The notes under the pieces are model-generated. The model saw only the letters and a program-made list of their open reading frames with translations, did not search any database and was not told the DNA's origin. Shown one piece after another: positions 27,101-42,100 of a DNA stretch of 64,000 nucleotides. The stretch is from positions 5,580,001 through 5,644,000 of the forward strand of contig OX638162.1 in assembly GCA_951804945.1 (NCBI GenBank), read 5' to 3'. Both the position numbers and the translations under genes were made by a program. The stretch comes from Podarcis cretensis. Lineage: Eukaryota. Numbering within the stretch: the first letter of the stretch is position 1; every line of letters starts with the position of its first letter.

Positions 27101-30100
27101 GGGAGGCACTCCAGAATTACAGAGAAAGTGCTCAAGTGGGGAGCTAGATAGTCAAAGAACTCAAAGGTGTGCTATAAATTCCACTCATTAAAACTTGACA
27201 CGGTGGACCATTTTAGGGCTAGACCACTAGTAAAACTGTACTCTCCAATTTTATACAACTATAGCGAAAATGAAACTCTAATGACAAAACAATGATCTGA
27301 CTCACTGACTTCCAACTGTTGCTCAATCACTCAAGATCATGCTAAGTTTCTTGAGAAGCTCTACTTTAAAAATCAAATGTGTCTCAAGCATTAAGAAATA
27401 GGGAAGCAATGAAAGTTTATAAGAGTTCTATGTTTTCAAATCATTAAGCTGTGACTGTTTCTGCTGGGCTCAGTCTTCCCTTAAGACTCTTCAGGTCTGA
27501 AGGTTGTCAAATAAGGCAGCATCTTGCCACATATATTGTCACTCTCTCTTTAATCTGTATTTGTATCATGCTATATGTGTTCCCATGTTGTTGCTCTTAT
27601 GACATTTTGTTACTTATTCATGGATGTGACCCCATTCCTTAAACCTTGTTTGCAACACCTGTTGTGATCTGAGAATTGGGTCCCCTACAGCTCAACTCAG
27701 ATAGATGCAATGCCAAAACATGGTCTGGCAAGTCAGGGCCACCTTCAAATGATCCTCATTCCACCTCTCTTCCATTCACATTCTCTACTTGATAGTTTTT
27801 ACCAACCAAACTTAGCCCTTGTGTCCAAAATTGGTGAAATGTGGTAAGTGCCTTGCTTCCAAACCAAGGTTCAAACTATTTCCTGAAAATATTCAGCCTA
27901 CAGAAGGGCACATCACATGGGATTCTCAGGGCCTCCACTACTGAAGCAAAAATGTTCCTTACTTTCAGCCTGTCAAGCTCCTGCAGTTCTTTGTTGATGG
28001 AAGAAGACATGGGAGAATGGACTGATCCTCCACTCTGGCCAGATGACTGGCCCTCACATTCACTCAGCTCCCTGGAAAGTTTCATGATCACTTCATCTTT
28101 GGCTTGAATGGTCTCCATAAGCATGCCTAGCTGCTCATTGAGCTCGCCCACCTTGCATTTCAAATTCTTTACTTCCTGCCGCAAACTGTCCTTCTCCAGA
28201 TTAAGCTTTTCAAGCTGGTTATTGAGACCCAATATCTGATTGTCTTTTTCATGAAGCAGCTCTAACTTATCTTTGGGGACTCCATCACAAAGATGCCCTA
28301 CAAAATATTTGTCATACTGTGAAGATCTGACAGTCTGCTGCAGGAGCCGCACAAGTTCCTTTAAGGAGAAGGAAAAAAAGGATATTGGTGAACATGGTGG
28401 CATGCGCAAGTTAGATGTGCTTTATCTCTTAGCTACTGTTGATTTTAATTTCTCCTTTGACAGCTTTTATATGCTTGTGCTTAATTATTTTTACTGTGAA
28501 TATTTTTGTTTTCTTCCTATATACATCATGTTGCATCACACTGCAGTTTGCATGGCTACCATGCCAACTCCAGTGTGACAAATGGCAGCCAGGAGGAAGG
28601 AGAGGTGCTTCACAGACTGGTTTAGTAAGCTACTCTGAAGCACTTGCCTCCATTAAATGCAGTTGCAACAAGCTTTAACCAAGCAATTCACAGAGGTTTA
28701 GCACAGCAGCTTTATTCTGAAGCAGGAGCAGGCTGGCGGGGGAGGGGGGCTTTGGAAAGGGGTTGGAAGATAGACATGGTTGGTAAGTGGAGTGAGCAGA
28801 AGCAGTGGTCCCAATATTTTATACTTTGTAAACCGCTTAGAGGTTTGCTTTACAATAAATAATAAACCAAATAAAAAAACTATTTGGTTAAATAAAAGAT
28901 AAACTAGGTCTGTGCAGCCAAGACGGCTCTTAACTTCCATCACTTGTGCATCTACCCCTCGTGACAGACATTACACCAATTTTTAAATTGAGGAAAGTTT
29001 TAAAACCATTACAACATGAAACTGAATTCTGTTTAAAGAGAAGAATCAAACCTCTGGGTAGATGCCAGCCTTTGGCCATACCTACAGTAGATCTCCAAAA
29101 CAAACAATTAGGATAGCAACTGGAAGCATTTTTAAACCAAGCACATCAAAATTCTGTTGCAAGTTAATCTCTCTCCCTACACCTACAATCATTCAAAAAA
29201 AAAAAAATCTGGACAGCTTAAGGCTTTGAATTTGAGACAATTACAGGTAAGTAGAGAGGGACGCGGATGGCACTGTGGGTTAAACCACAGAGCCTAGGAC
29301 TTGCTGATCAGAAGGTTGGCGATTCGAATCCCCGCGACGGGGTGAGCTCCCGTTGCTCGTTCCCTGCTCCTGCAAACCTAGCAGTTCGAAAGCACGTCAA
29401 AGTGCAAGTAGATAAATAGGTACCGCTCCGGCGGGAAGGTAAACGGCTTTTCCGTGCGCTGCTCTGATTCGCCAGAAGCGGCTTAGTCATGCTGGCCACA
29501 TGACCTGGAAGCTGTACGCCGTCTCCCTCAGGCAATAAAGCGAGATGAGCGCCGCAACCCCAGAGTCGGCCACGAGTGGACCTAATGGTCAGGGGTCCCT
29601 TTACCTTTACATTTACAGTTAAGTAGATAACTGGTAGCCTTCCCCAACATAGTACTCTCCAGATGCTGTCAGATTCTAGCCCTAGCTAGCATGGCCAGGG
29701 AGTTACGTTTACGGTTACGTCCCGTCAAAGGCGACTACGGGGTTGTAGTGCTCATCTCGCTTTCAGGTCAAGTGATCTGGCGTTTGTCCACAGACAGCTT
29801 TCCGGGTCATGTGGCAAGCATGACTACACTGCTTCTGGAGCAGCAGGACACCATGACGGAAACCAGAGAGTATGGAAACGCCATTTACCTTCCCACCACA
29901 GCGGTACCTTGCACTGGTGTGCTTTCAAAATGCTAGGCTGGCAGAACCTGGGACAGAGCAACAGGAGCTCACTCTGTCAAGCGGATTCAAACCATCAACC
30001 TTCTGATTGGCAAGCCCAAGAGGCGCTGTACTGTAGTCTAAACCACCCGCCTCTAATGTGTGCGCCAGGCAGGTTTTCCTGCACTGCTTGGCAAAACCTG

Positions 30101-33100
30101 CCATATATGATGCCAATGCTGGCTCCAGCTCCAGCTACTGTTCCTCTCTAGCTTGTAGACCAGTTACCTTTTGACTCAACAGCTCCTTCTCGAGACTCTC
30201 CAACTCTTCCTGTTGGCTCTGGAACTTCAACTGCATCTCGGAAGCCAGCTTGTTTCCATTACACTCATCAGAAGACGACTCCGTGCTATTCCGGTTTTTG
30301 CTGCCTGCAATCATTTCCTTTAAAGGACGCCTTGTTCTGTGTGGAATGCGGCCAAAATCAAATGGAAAGGCTGGACCAGACACGCCTGCACAAGGAGATA
30401 TATTTTTTCCTCATTCAGTCTAAAATGTATTTGGACACATTCCTCACTTTGTTAAAAGAACACAACTGTACTCAATCACCAAATCTGGAACAAAGACTGA
30501 AGCAAGCACTTCCAAGTTGATTAATTAATTGTATGTCATCTGTTTCCTTCAGTTCTCTTCTCCCTGTCCCTTTAATTCTAAGCAGTGAGACCATGCACAA
30601 TTAAGAAATCATATACCAGGACAAAATTAGAACTGAAAAAAGAAGTGCCTGCTACTTCAGTGGATGTTAGTTTTAACTCTTTTTGTCATTACAAGAAAGT
30701 GAGCCCATAGCACTCTCATTTATCCTCTGTGTTTGTGTTAGAACTAGGATTACATTTGGAGACTTAGCCTCAGAATCCATTGTCTGTAGTGAGCTCCAAC
30801 TCAATACAATAGTAAAGGAAACCGAGCAGTGAAGCACGTATTTCCTTCATCAGACTAACCACAAGTCACCACAAACGACTCTGATCAGATGGAAGACCTT
30901 CCCAATTTAAAGTTGAAAACATCTGTGCAGAAACAAACTCCTACCATTTTTAAAATCATCACATTTGTATCCTATCCATCTTCCTCCTCAGACTTCAGAC
31001 TGACCTACCTGTAACTGAAGTTTGGCCACAATTGCCATGGCTGAGTGTGGATTTTAACTCAAGTTTCCCCAACCCCCACAACCTCTCTACTTGAATCTAA
31101 ACCCCTATCAACTGCACCAAAATGCTGTATTCCTTACTCTCTTCGCTCTTGCATATAGTACAATATAACCAATTTGCAACATATTGTTTAATAAAGAGGT
31201 ACTTTGTACACGCAAGAAAAATGCCTTGACAACAGCATGGGTCTGATGGAAATAAGTCACAGCAGTGCAAGTTTGAGTCCAGGTATCCTGGTAGCTAAGA
31301 CAGAAAAATGCAAAGGCAAATTATAAAAATCAGTTTCCAATAAGAGATATTATCAGAATTCTTTATCAATGGAGAACCCCTTTTATGGTGTGCCTTTAGA
31401 GTGGGACTGCATTTTCATCAGCTCCTAAGAGTCAATGGTACAGAAACATAAAGAATCTTGGAAAGTACAATAGTAGAAAAGATGGGGATGGGAGATGTGG
31501 GGAGAAGGAACACTGGAGTACCTTTGCTCTGCTCTCCTGAAAACCTCTTCCGATCTTGAACTATCGACTCCTCCAAATCCTTCGTATCTAGAAATTCCCA
31601 CTCCTCTGTGTAAAAAATACTCTTACGGTTGTCATTGCTTCCTTTTCCAGTTCTTAGTGAAGACACAGAGTTCCTGGCAAGTACAGAAATTAAGAAGTAG
31701 TTATACAAACAGAGAGAAGTGTAATTTTTAAAATAAAGGATACACAACTGTAGAAATCAAAAGCAAGCAAAACTACTGTTTTGTTCAATTTCTCTTGGTT
31801 CCAAATTTACTTCAAAGCAGAGAACTTGGTTGATGCAGATGCCTACACTGCAAAAGTTTGTCAAATGTGCATTTAAATATCAAGGGCTAGGAGTTTAATT
31901 TATACTCTTCAGATTAAACATTATTCCCAGGAAGATATAGAAAGGTGCTCAGCTGACATGCACTGGCTATGGCTGCTGAGAGTTGCAATCCGAAACATCA
32001 AGTGGGGAAGGCTGGACTATGCTTCAGACGTTTCCCACCCTGTCAATGACAGCCTGCTCCAAATAAGTCTCAGAATGCCATTTGTAGCATATGGTAATGC
32101 AATAAGTGACTCTGCTACAATCTATGACAGCAACAATGGATCACTCAAGGAATCCCCGAGGCTTTCCACTTAAAATAGTAAATCATTTCCTACTACACTT
32201 AAATTCAAAGTACAGTGGTACCTCGGGTTACGAACACTTCGAATTACGTTTTTTCGGATTACGAATGATTTTAACCCAGAAGTGAGTTTTCCGAGCTCTC
32301 GGAGGCCTCGCCACTGCTCAGAGCCAAGCCCGGACATCTGCGGGGCCTGCGGAGGGTCCGCGACTGGGCTCCAGCCATGGGAGCTCTCTGAGGCCTCTGC
32401 GAATGGTTGGAGCCAAGCAGATTGTGATTGTGGAAGAGGACCCTGAGCCCCCATCCAAACAATGACTATCATCAGCGCAGGTAAGAAAAAAAAATCACAT
32501 TTTCATTTTGTACTGTTTTATTGATTTCATTTTATGGATCAATGGCCTCGTTAGATAGCAAAATCCATGTAAAATTGCCATTTTAGGGGTCGCTTTTCAC
32601 CGTCTGGTTTCTGTTGCGTGTGTTTTGTTTGTTAATTGAGTCCCTCGCTGCTAATCAGATGCTTCCTGTTGAGTCTGCCAGCTGTGGAGTCCCGAGCACC
32701 CACGCAACACAGAATATATATTTGGAGGTTTTGTTTTTGATATTTTTGCATTTTGGTGTGGCTTTTTTGGTTTTTTGACTGTGGCTTGTTGTTCATTTTA
32801 TGGGACTGACTTGTGACTTCGCTTTTGTGACTGTAGCTTGTGACTTCATTTTTGTGACTGTGTGGAACCCAGTTCAGCTACTGGTTGATTGTGTAACTGC
32901 AGAAGTGGATAAAAGCCCCCCATCCAAACTGACTATCATCAGTGCACATAAGAAAATTGAAAATGATAAGTAAAATATATTTTTAAAAAACAAAGCAAGG
33001 CATGTAAAGCAACTTTATAAACACTATGAGGAAATGTATAAAGAGTGAAAACTGCCATTTGTTAGTTTGATATAAGAATTCTGGTTGCAAAATCTCGCCA

Positions 33101-36100
33101 TATGATTACACCACTCAAGGGTTACTACAGTACATGCATTTAAGATACACTAATCTGCACCGAGCTTCAGGAAGTTTACCAGAACAGATGTATTTCAAGC
33201 AATCATGTTTGCCAAGAAATGAAGTCGTAAGTACGGTCTTGAATTTGTGTAACACAATCTTGGTAACGGCAACCATTCTTTACTATGGATCTGCAACAAC
33301 TGTATAAAAATTGCTCAGTAGCTGTTAAAACACATGAACACATATTGGCTAATTTTGCAAAGAGAAACATTCAAAGCACGTGATAAAACTGCTGTATTTC
33401 TGAAAGAGAAAGCCTGGCAATTGTGGTTAAGGAGTCAACAAGGGGGAACTTGGTAAAGTTAATGTTATTTCCCTTGGCTGACTCTACAATTTCCGCAAGA
33501 TCTTGGAACTTCCTTCATATGTTTGGGGAGGGAGTTAGTGGTAAAGTACTTGTGAGAGATGCTAGACCAGCCTTTGTCAGCCTGGTGCCCTCCAGATGTT
33601 GGATTACAGCTCCCACAGCTCCAGACATAAAATCTGGAGGACAACGTGAGGCAAGGTGAGGCAGTGGCCTTAGGGTGGCAGGCTCCACACAGCTGCGAGG
33701 AGCAACAGTTCCACCTCCTGCACTTGATTGCTGCCTCCTTGGCTGCACACCCTTCCCCTTGCTTTCTGGCTTTCCTCTTTTTCCCTCCTCACCCCCATTT
33801 TTCTTCTCCATTTAGTCCCCCTTGCTTCACCACAGGGTTTCTCCTCCCCATTTCAGAGTCTTACTTCCCCTCCCTTTCTGTACCTCTATCAAACCTCTAG
33901 CCCACAGAGTCCCACTCAACTGCTGTGCTGTGTGCACAGCTCCCTCCCGACATGCAGGCTTCCTGCTTTGCAAGAGAGCAGCTTCAGTCTCCAGCCAGTA
34001 AGCCATGGTGCAAAGGCAAAAGACAGGTCAGTCAGTGGAATGGAAAGAGGACGCAGGAGGGGTTGCAGGGGACGGGGTGCTCTTCTACCACCACAGTACT
34101 GTCCTCCATCCAAAGAACCATTTCAGTCAGTAAACAAAACAAAACTTGAGGGTGTAAAGCAGGACTGGAGAGGGGTGGCCTGAGCCCCACCACAGAGGCT
34201 TGGAGGCTGCATTGGTCCCTTAGCCTGGTATTCCCTATCGTTGCTGTAACCCGTTGCTGCACCCTTAACAAACTCCAATTCCCAAGGAGAGCACCATTTT
34301 CTGGTTCACCTTAGGCAGCAAAGTATCTTGGGCCAGCCCTGGAACCAAGTTGGTGAAAGTTGCACTAGACCATACAACAGTGGTGGCAAGCCTGTGCCCC
34401 TCCAGATCTTGAGGCATCAACCCATACTATCATGTAGGTGTGGTCAGAGAGGATGGGAGTTGTAGTCCAGCAACATGTGGAGGGCTGCAGGTTCCACATA
34501 ATGTCCACAAAAGCTTGATCCAGCCAAGAAAAATGTTCATTTGATTTCCTAAGTAAGGAGCACCATACAACCATGCTGGCTGGGGCTGATGGGAGCTGTA
34601 GTTCAGGACATCTGGAGGACACCAGGTTGGTGAAGGCTACTTTATGCACAACCAGTTTGCCACATAGGAACACAATCTGATAAGTAACACAAAACAGATG
34701 ACGGCTGAAGATCTGTGCAGGGCTGATATTTCCCTATGTTATGCCCAAAGCAAAAGTTAACATTATAGACTAGGAGCTAAAAGTCATCACATGGAGTAAG
34801 GATCTGGAGCAGGCATCCCCAGCCTGCGGCCCTCCAGATGCTTTGGCCTACAACTCCCATGATCCCCAGCTAACAGGACCAGTGGTCAGGGATGATGGGA
34901 ATTGTAGTCCAAAACATCTGGAAGGCCGAAGGTTGGGGATGCCTAATCTGGAGTAATTCAGAGATGCCTTAGTTTTCCTACAAACAGTATGCAAGATTCA
35001 GAATCCCATTATGGACATTTTTGTGGTCAAACTGACAAGCAGAGAAAAATTCTTAGACCATATTCAGAATTGCACATCCAACATTTTCCTTTCAAAAGCC
35101 TTTTTGTGCAACTAAATAGCATAGGGGTGGGGGTATCAATCACACTCATTGAAATTACAAGAAGGATGTGGTTTAATTTTTCCAGCGCAACCAAGGCAAC
35201 AGTTGCCACATGTGCCCTGCTCCATAACCATCTGGAAAAGGAACCAGGAGAGGACAATCCTCCAAGTACTGAAGCTTCGCCCCCTAGAAACTGATGGGAG
35301 CTTGTGCTGCAGAAGTACTTGCAAGACTTACTCCCCTGGGCAGCCTTTCAGCATTAATGAAAGGGTGCGAGTGGGGATGGTGAGAAGAAAAGTGATCGGA
35401 GGTCAGTTGCCACAAAACTGTTGCCAGAAGTTGGCCAAGGTCAAAACAGTGACTTCAGCAGCAGCACAAGCCTTATAAATGGTTACATCTTAGATATTCA
35501 GTGTGCCTTTCCCACTATTTAAAAAGAGAACACAAAGACAGAGAGATATTTATGGGGTGTTTTACTTTACAATGTTTCAAGACATTTGTTTTAAAGATGT
35601 ATCAATCAATCTCTTTATTACGTTAAATGACCAATATTGTTTCAAAGATAAATGATCTAGAACTTTTTAAACAGGAGTAACAGTGTATTATGTGAACAGG
35701 GTATTATGTCCTTTTCAAAGGGCAAGCGAAAGAGCTGGTGCAGCATGGTGAGTAAGACGCTACATTTCATCACTGCTAGAACTTTCTCCTTACCAGAAAG
35801 CTGAAAGGTACCAATGTGTTTTTTATGATGAAATTACAGATCTGCCAACTAAATTCTGCTTCATGTAAACTGGTAGAAAGCATCAGTGAGGAAAAAATTG
35901 TTCAACAAACGAACCACCATTTGCTCATAACAGAAACATGGTGTGGAAAATAATCACATCATGAACAAAATTTCCTATGAGAAGAGATTTTTACTCAGAG
36001 ATGCACCTTGGGTGGCATCTAGTACGTTCTAATCACTCCATTTCCACACCCTTGAGATGCTTTAGGTAGCAAACTGACATGGGAACTGGACTCCCATATG

Positions 36101-39100
36101 GATTTTCACAGGTCCCCACTGGTTTTAACTTTGTCTTAAAGTCCTGTTCCCTGATCACTGGCACCCCTAGTCAGCTTAACTCCATCTCCACAGCCTCACT
36201 TAGATTTAGCCTACATGTTTCCCCTGAAACATAATAAAGTTATTATGGAAGCCAGTGGGCTGCAAGTTGAATGTTGCTGCTGGAAACCTAGGTTCAAATG
36301 TTACCTCTGCTAAATCATGAACAGCTTCAGTTCCAAATGTATTTTTTTTGGGGAGGGGAAGAAATATCATCTGCTCCACAGGCTTAATCTGAACATAAAC
36401 ATTTTTGCAATCACATGGTACTATTTATGCCAACCCCATTAGATGAACACTGTCAAGTAACACAACACACAATACTCACTTGATATCTGTACCCAGTTGC
36501 TTCAAAGAAAAGTTAATGGCACTTGGCTGGCCTGGGGCTGGCTGGCACGCTGCCTGTTCTCCCACCAGTTCTGTGCGCGCTGCCTCCACCATTAGGACAT
36601 TTCTAGCTTTCTCTGCTGATGCATTTGAAAACATGGTGGTCCAATCTAAGAAGGGCAAAAAACACCACCAGTACTTAATAATGCAGCTGACACCCCAGCA
36701 GTCCACATCAAGGCTCATGGAGGGCAAATTCAGAGGACTTCTAACATGTCATGAAGGAAGGTATTGAGCTCCCCTCATAAGTACCCCAGGAAACTATCAC
36801 AGTCCAGCAACTATGGTGCTGAAGAGTTAATACTCCCCTCAAGGCCAGCTAAGAAAGTCATGCAAATTGGCTATAACTCACAGCATCTCATGCAGTTATT
36901 AAAGCAGAGCTTTCCAAACTTTTCATGTTGGTGACAGACTTTTTAGACATGCGTCGTTTTGTGACACAGTAATTCAGTTTTACTAGCATTTCCAGCCCTG
37001 GGAGGAGCACAGGGAGCATTTGAGTGATACACCTGCACACTGCAGCTGACACTCTAATGTTTAAAAAGCTCTGCATTAAAATTTAGAGAATAAAACTGGA
37101 ATTCAGAATGAGTGTGGGGAAGGGTAGCAGAAACCAACCAAGATAAACCAACAATTATGTCAGTCTCTCACAACAGATTCTAGCACATGCAGGTATTCTA
37201 ATGCTTCAGGTACCTAAGGATTAGGCCAAACATTATTTATGTGTAATTGTGTAGCCCCCTCCCCACTAAATACACACCGGTATTTAAAGGTACAAATTCA
37301 AGAGTTTGAATAAGTACATACCATCTCAGGAAGTACAAGACGTACACTCATAATGGGCCATATTCCTCCCCTGCTCTGTCAAAGGACCCAGAGCATGGAG
37401 AGGAGCTGGCAATCATTGGGCAGTCTAACAGTATCTTTACATACACCTTGAAGCTTCCTCACTTAACATGCAACCAGAAGTGGGAAAGCCCAGCTCCAAA
37501 GTTCTGCAGGCACATGAAAGCCACAGGGCCCAGTTTTCTAAGCAAGGAGGCCCTTCCTTCCTTCACCTCCCACTAGCCCTCAGCGACATCAAGAGTGATA
37601 GCCCTTCCTAGTACAGTGGTGCCTCGCAAGACGAAATTAATCCGTTCCGCGAGTCTCTTCATCTTGCGGTTTTTTCGTCTTGCAAAGCACGGCTATTAGC
37701 GGCTTAGCGGCTATGCGGCTATTAACGGCGTTTCGTCTTGCGAAGCAAGCCCATAGGGAAATTCGTCTTGCGGAACGACTCAAAAAACGGAAAACTCTTT
37801 CGTCTCGCGCGTTTTTCGTCTTGCGAGGCATTCGTCTTGCGAGCTACCACTGTACTCTTCCTTCTGTCAGCAGCATTACACAAGAATAGAGCAAGAAAGA
37901 GAGAGAAAAGATTATTGAAGTTTTCCTCCTCCTTGCACCAAATTGCATACATTTGATGACTGCACCATATCAGGCTTTGTCTCCGTTAACAAGGGATATG
38001 TTCTGCTATCTGGATCTAAAGCATACAATGATTTACAAGTTTCAAGAAAACCACTGCTCCAAGGTGAGCCAAGTTTAGAGCTGCAGACACACCTTCAACC
38101 ATTTCCACTACAGTACAAAGTTGTCAGCACTCTGCTAAAATGAGTACTGTGTGAAAACCAGCAGGATGAAGCAAAGCAAAGCAATTCCCCTCCCCGACCA
38201 ACACGGCCCCAGGAAAGAATGCTCATGCCCAGTTAACAAGACAGTTTGCAGAATGCCCACACTTCTTGCTGTTTTATGACAGAAATGCATATACAGTAAT
38301 GTAAAACCACATCACATTTGTATGGATTCTCTTCTCCAGATCACAACCAGTATGAAATCCACAGGAATGCTGGAGTGTTGTGAGGACATTTACATAACCT
38401 ACAATCAAGGACACAGTCTTTCAGCTTGGATGAAGCCAAAGATCTGCTTAACACGCAGTTATTAAAATTACATAAAACAGACTACAACCATCAACGATTA
38501 GGCAGGAAAAGCTATCAGCCAAATAAAATGCTACATCAGTGGAAGACAACCAAATAGAACCTTTCTAAGTTAAGTGAGCTCTGCATGTTCCCAAATATTC
38601 ATCATGTAATGTGCCCCCACAACATGAAATTTCCTCACCTTCATTCTTGGGGCTGCTGTGATTAGCAAGGGAGGAGAGACTCCCAGGTTCAGACATGGCT
38701 TAGTGACATGTGAATGGGTTGAAACTCCTCCTGGAACTATGTGCTCACCTTCTCTTTCCACAAAATGGCTATGAGGGGTTTGGGAGCTTTCACTTTTTGT
38801 TGTTTATGGTTTCACCTGAACTGGGAAACTTGGGTGTTTCAAACAGGCTAGCTTGTTTACAGTGGGCTTATTTTGTTTTTGTTTTTGTTTTTAATATTTA
38901 TTAAGAATTTTTCATTTACAGTAAAAAAAAAAAAAATGAACATAACATTGCATATCACATATTTTCTTATCACTTCTGGACTTCCTCACATCTCCCGCTC
39001 CTACGTTCTAGTTTAATACACTTAAAACAACAATTTATTCCCTTATCTCCATCCTTACTGTCAAATTTCGAATATATTTCAAATTTTAGATACGTTTATT

Positions 39101-42100
39101 CCAATCCTTACAAAAGAAAATTTAATTTAGCCTAATAATTATCTAAAAAAAAAACAGGTTTTTCATCTTATATTTAAATTATCTTCATGATTTACTTCAT
39201 CTATTTTGATGGTGCCAATTTGTCTAAAATCAAGCATCCTGCTTAACATTCATACAATTTACAATATTTTTGCAGATAAAGCTTAAATTTTTTCCAGTCC
39301 TCTTCAACAATTTCTTCTCCCAGGTCTCGGATTCTGCCAGTCATCTCAGCCAGTTCCATGTAGTTCATCAGTTGCATCTGCCATTCTTCCAGTGTGGGTA
39401 GATCTTGGGTTTTCTACAGTGGGCTTATTTTGAAACAGACTATTGTCACGGTCAAGCCAAGATGACATGTGAAATCATAGTTAACTGAGAGTAAAGGCTT
39501 CCAAAGCCTTCCCCCCAGCCACACAGGAGGAAGAGCACAGGAGCAGGATAGGCTTATTCACTTAGTGAAAACCCATGGTTTAGCATGATGTCAGAAGAGA
39601 TCAACCCCAAAACTCTCAGCCTGAGAGTGCTTGCAACTGTGGTCTGGGCAGGGTAATTATGGGCTAGAAGGCGATTAATATTAAGTGGCATTCCCTACTG
39701 GTGACCATAGAAAAATAGTATGATGAGGCAACAAGTTAATCAACTGCTAGGAAATTTATGTTCCATTTACTCTTAATACAAACACTGGAAGGGAGTGGCT
39801 CATGTTGGAGCACAGACTTACTTTGAGCTGTTCATGCCCCATATCATCTGTCCATTCCCGGTTTAATCATGACTAGGACACCTGCGGCATTCTACTAGAA
39901 CAGGCTGTTGACTGGCATGAAACCTTGCTTGGGTTCTCATCTGGGTTTTTTTTAAAACATCTACTCAAAAGGATGGTTTTGGTGTGACCTTACATAAAAC
40001 TTTTACCAGCATGGAAGCTGTTTCAACAAAAGATACCTCCCCTGCTTATTTTATATCAATTATAAATAGAATTTAACCTAAATGAAAATGATGCAGTCAG
40101 AAATATACTATTTAAATTACCTTATAATCTGATAACAGCACTCAATGAATAAATACAATTTCCTCAGTTATCTGTAATACTGCAAAGTTATTTATTGCTT
40201 ATATTCACTCACACATACATATAGGAATGAAGCCAGAAAGACAAGACTCTGCACACAAAATCTACCATAAATCAGAGAAAGCTCAAAGCAGTTTTCAATT
40301 AGAATAATTTTCCAAATGCTGGTAGTACAATGGTCCCCATACACAACATTGCACTATATTTTATGCTCACTGCCCACTTCTTTGTAAACATGAACATTAG
40401 GAAGAAAACTACCATGAATGCCTTCTTGTTTCAGCTGGATGACAAACAGTACTGCAATATCACACTTATTGTAAATTGTAATATAAAGTTTTCATTTAAA
40501 ATATTTAAAGTATCTATATCTTGACTTATAAACATGGCAGTGCTGTCGACAAAAATTCAGTTAACAATAAATAACTGCCTTGAAATACAATCCCTGAAAA
40601 TATAATCCATAGAAAAAGCAGCAACAAACCCAGCAATAGTAGATTGCCAACATATCTGATTTTATTTATCTCAAAGTTTTTTGGTCTAGAAAGGTACAAT
40701 CATCATAACTGAATAACTATCATAAAATCAATAAGGTTTCTAAAAATGCTATTTCTCAAGTCAGCTTCAAAAAAGTTGTACAGTTGTACCTCGGCTCTTC
40801 AACGCCTTGGGAGTAGAATGTTCCTGCTCCCAAACAGAAACCGGAAGTGAGTGTTCTGGTTTTCAAAAGGATTTCCAGAACGGATTCTGTTCGACTTCCA
40901 AGGTACGACTGTACTTATTCTGCAGCAGATTTATGAAATTTCGGGAGCAATGAAATTAAAAAGATTGCCTATTAACTAGAAAATCCCACTTCCCAGATCA
41001 ATTGTGTTAAAAATAAAACTGCTGAGTAACTTTCAGAAGCTGAATGTTCAAAGCATGATACTAGTTAGGAAGAGAAAAGCAAGCACACCCACAAATAATT
41101 GGATTTTGGGTAAGGATATTACTAAGATACCTATTTTGTCTCAACAAAATTTGACCAATTATAATTTGGTCAGAACACAGGCATTCGGCAATGCACTTAC
41201 AGAATTATTTTGGCCCAATTTACATGTACTTTCTTTACCTGATCTTAAAGATCCAATTCATGACTTGTGTGAGGAAACCTCACATTCTTATGGGGAAATT
41301 TCACTCAAGTTCAGTATTCAAAACCTGGGACAATGAAATGCGACCATTTCTGATAAGCTAACTCATAGGTTAACTCTTGAAAGGCACTGAGGACCTAGAA
41401 GCTCTCCCTGCTACTTGGTGGGGTTTTATTGCTTATGCCAATAATGCTGATCTACAAAGTCTATTGCCAATACCGGCAGATAAAATTTGGAACTCTTAAA
41501 AAAAATGTTACATGCTAGATACTTTCTGTTTTCTGTCACAATGTATGCTGCTGCTTAGAAGTCAGAATTTCATTTTATAGCTTTTCTAAATCTTGGTTTC
41601 CACATAGTTGATATGGTTTTCTTTTGTATTGTTTTCAAAATAAAAATCTAATTAAAGAACAGAAATTGTGAAAATGCAGTATTTTCTTCAGAAGACAACC
41701 TTCATTGCTACTGCAATGGTCTGAATGTGGCTGGATTATTGGCACAACTCCACTATTTCCATAGTTTTTTTATAATAAAAAAAACCACATTTTGAAGGCT
41801 CTGTGCTCTACCTAATGTTCATGTACTTATATATATCTTTAACAAAAATGTACAGGGGAACCAGTATTACTATTCCCACCCATCTATAACTTACACATAT
41901 TACACTACCAGCATTGAACATCACTCTAAGGTTAAGACATATCTGGGGCAGCTTTGATGGATTGCGTAAATAACACTGAGACTTACAGGGCAATCCTATA
42001 AAAACCAACAAGCAACTAGGATGACCTTTGAATTCTTTACTATCCTAAGATTTCCTGTTCCAAATGTTATTTACATGAGACCAATAGATTTATTTATTTC

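Noticed and set aside
30820-30860. CTGATGA on the minus strand as a possible hammerhead ribozyme core
   Set aside because: No properly placed stem II plus GAAA or cleavage triplet could be folded by eye.
37614-37852. Regularly recurring TTCGTCTTGCG units resembling a CRISPR or operator array
   Set aside because: Internal repeats of a TA-flanked mariner MITE in a vertebrate intron; spacing is irregular and there are no cas genes.
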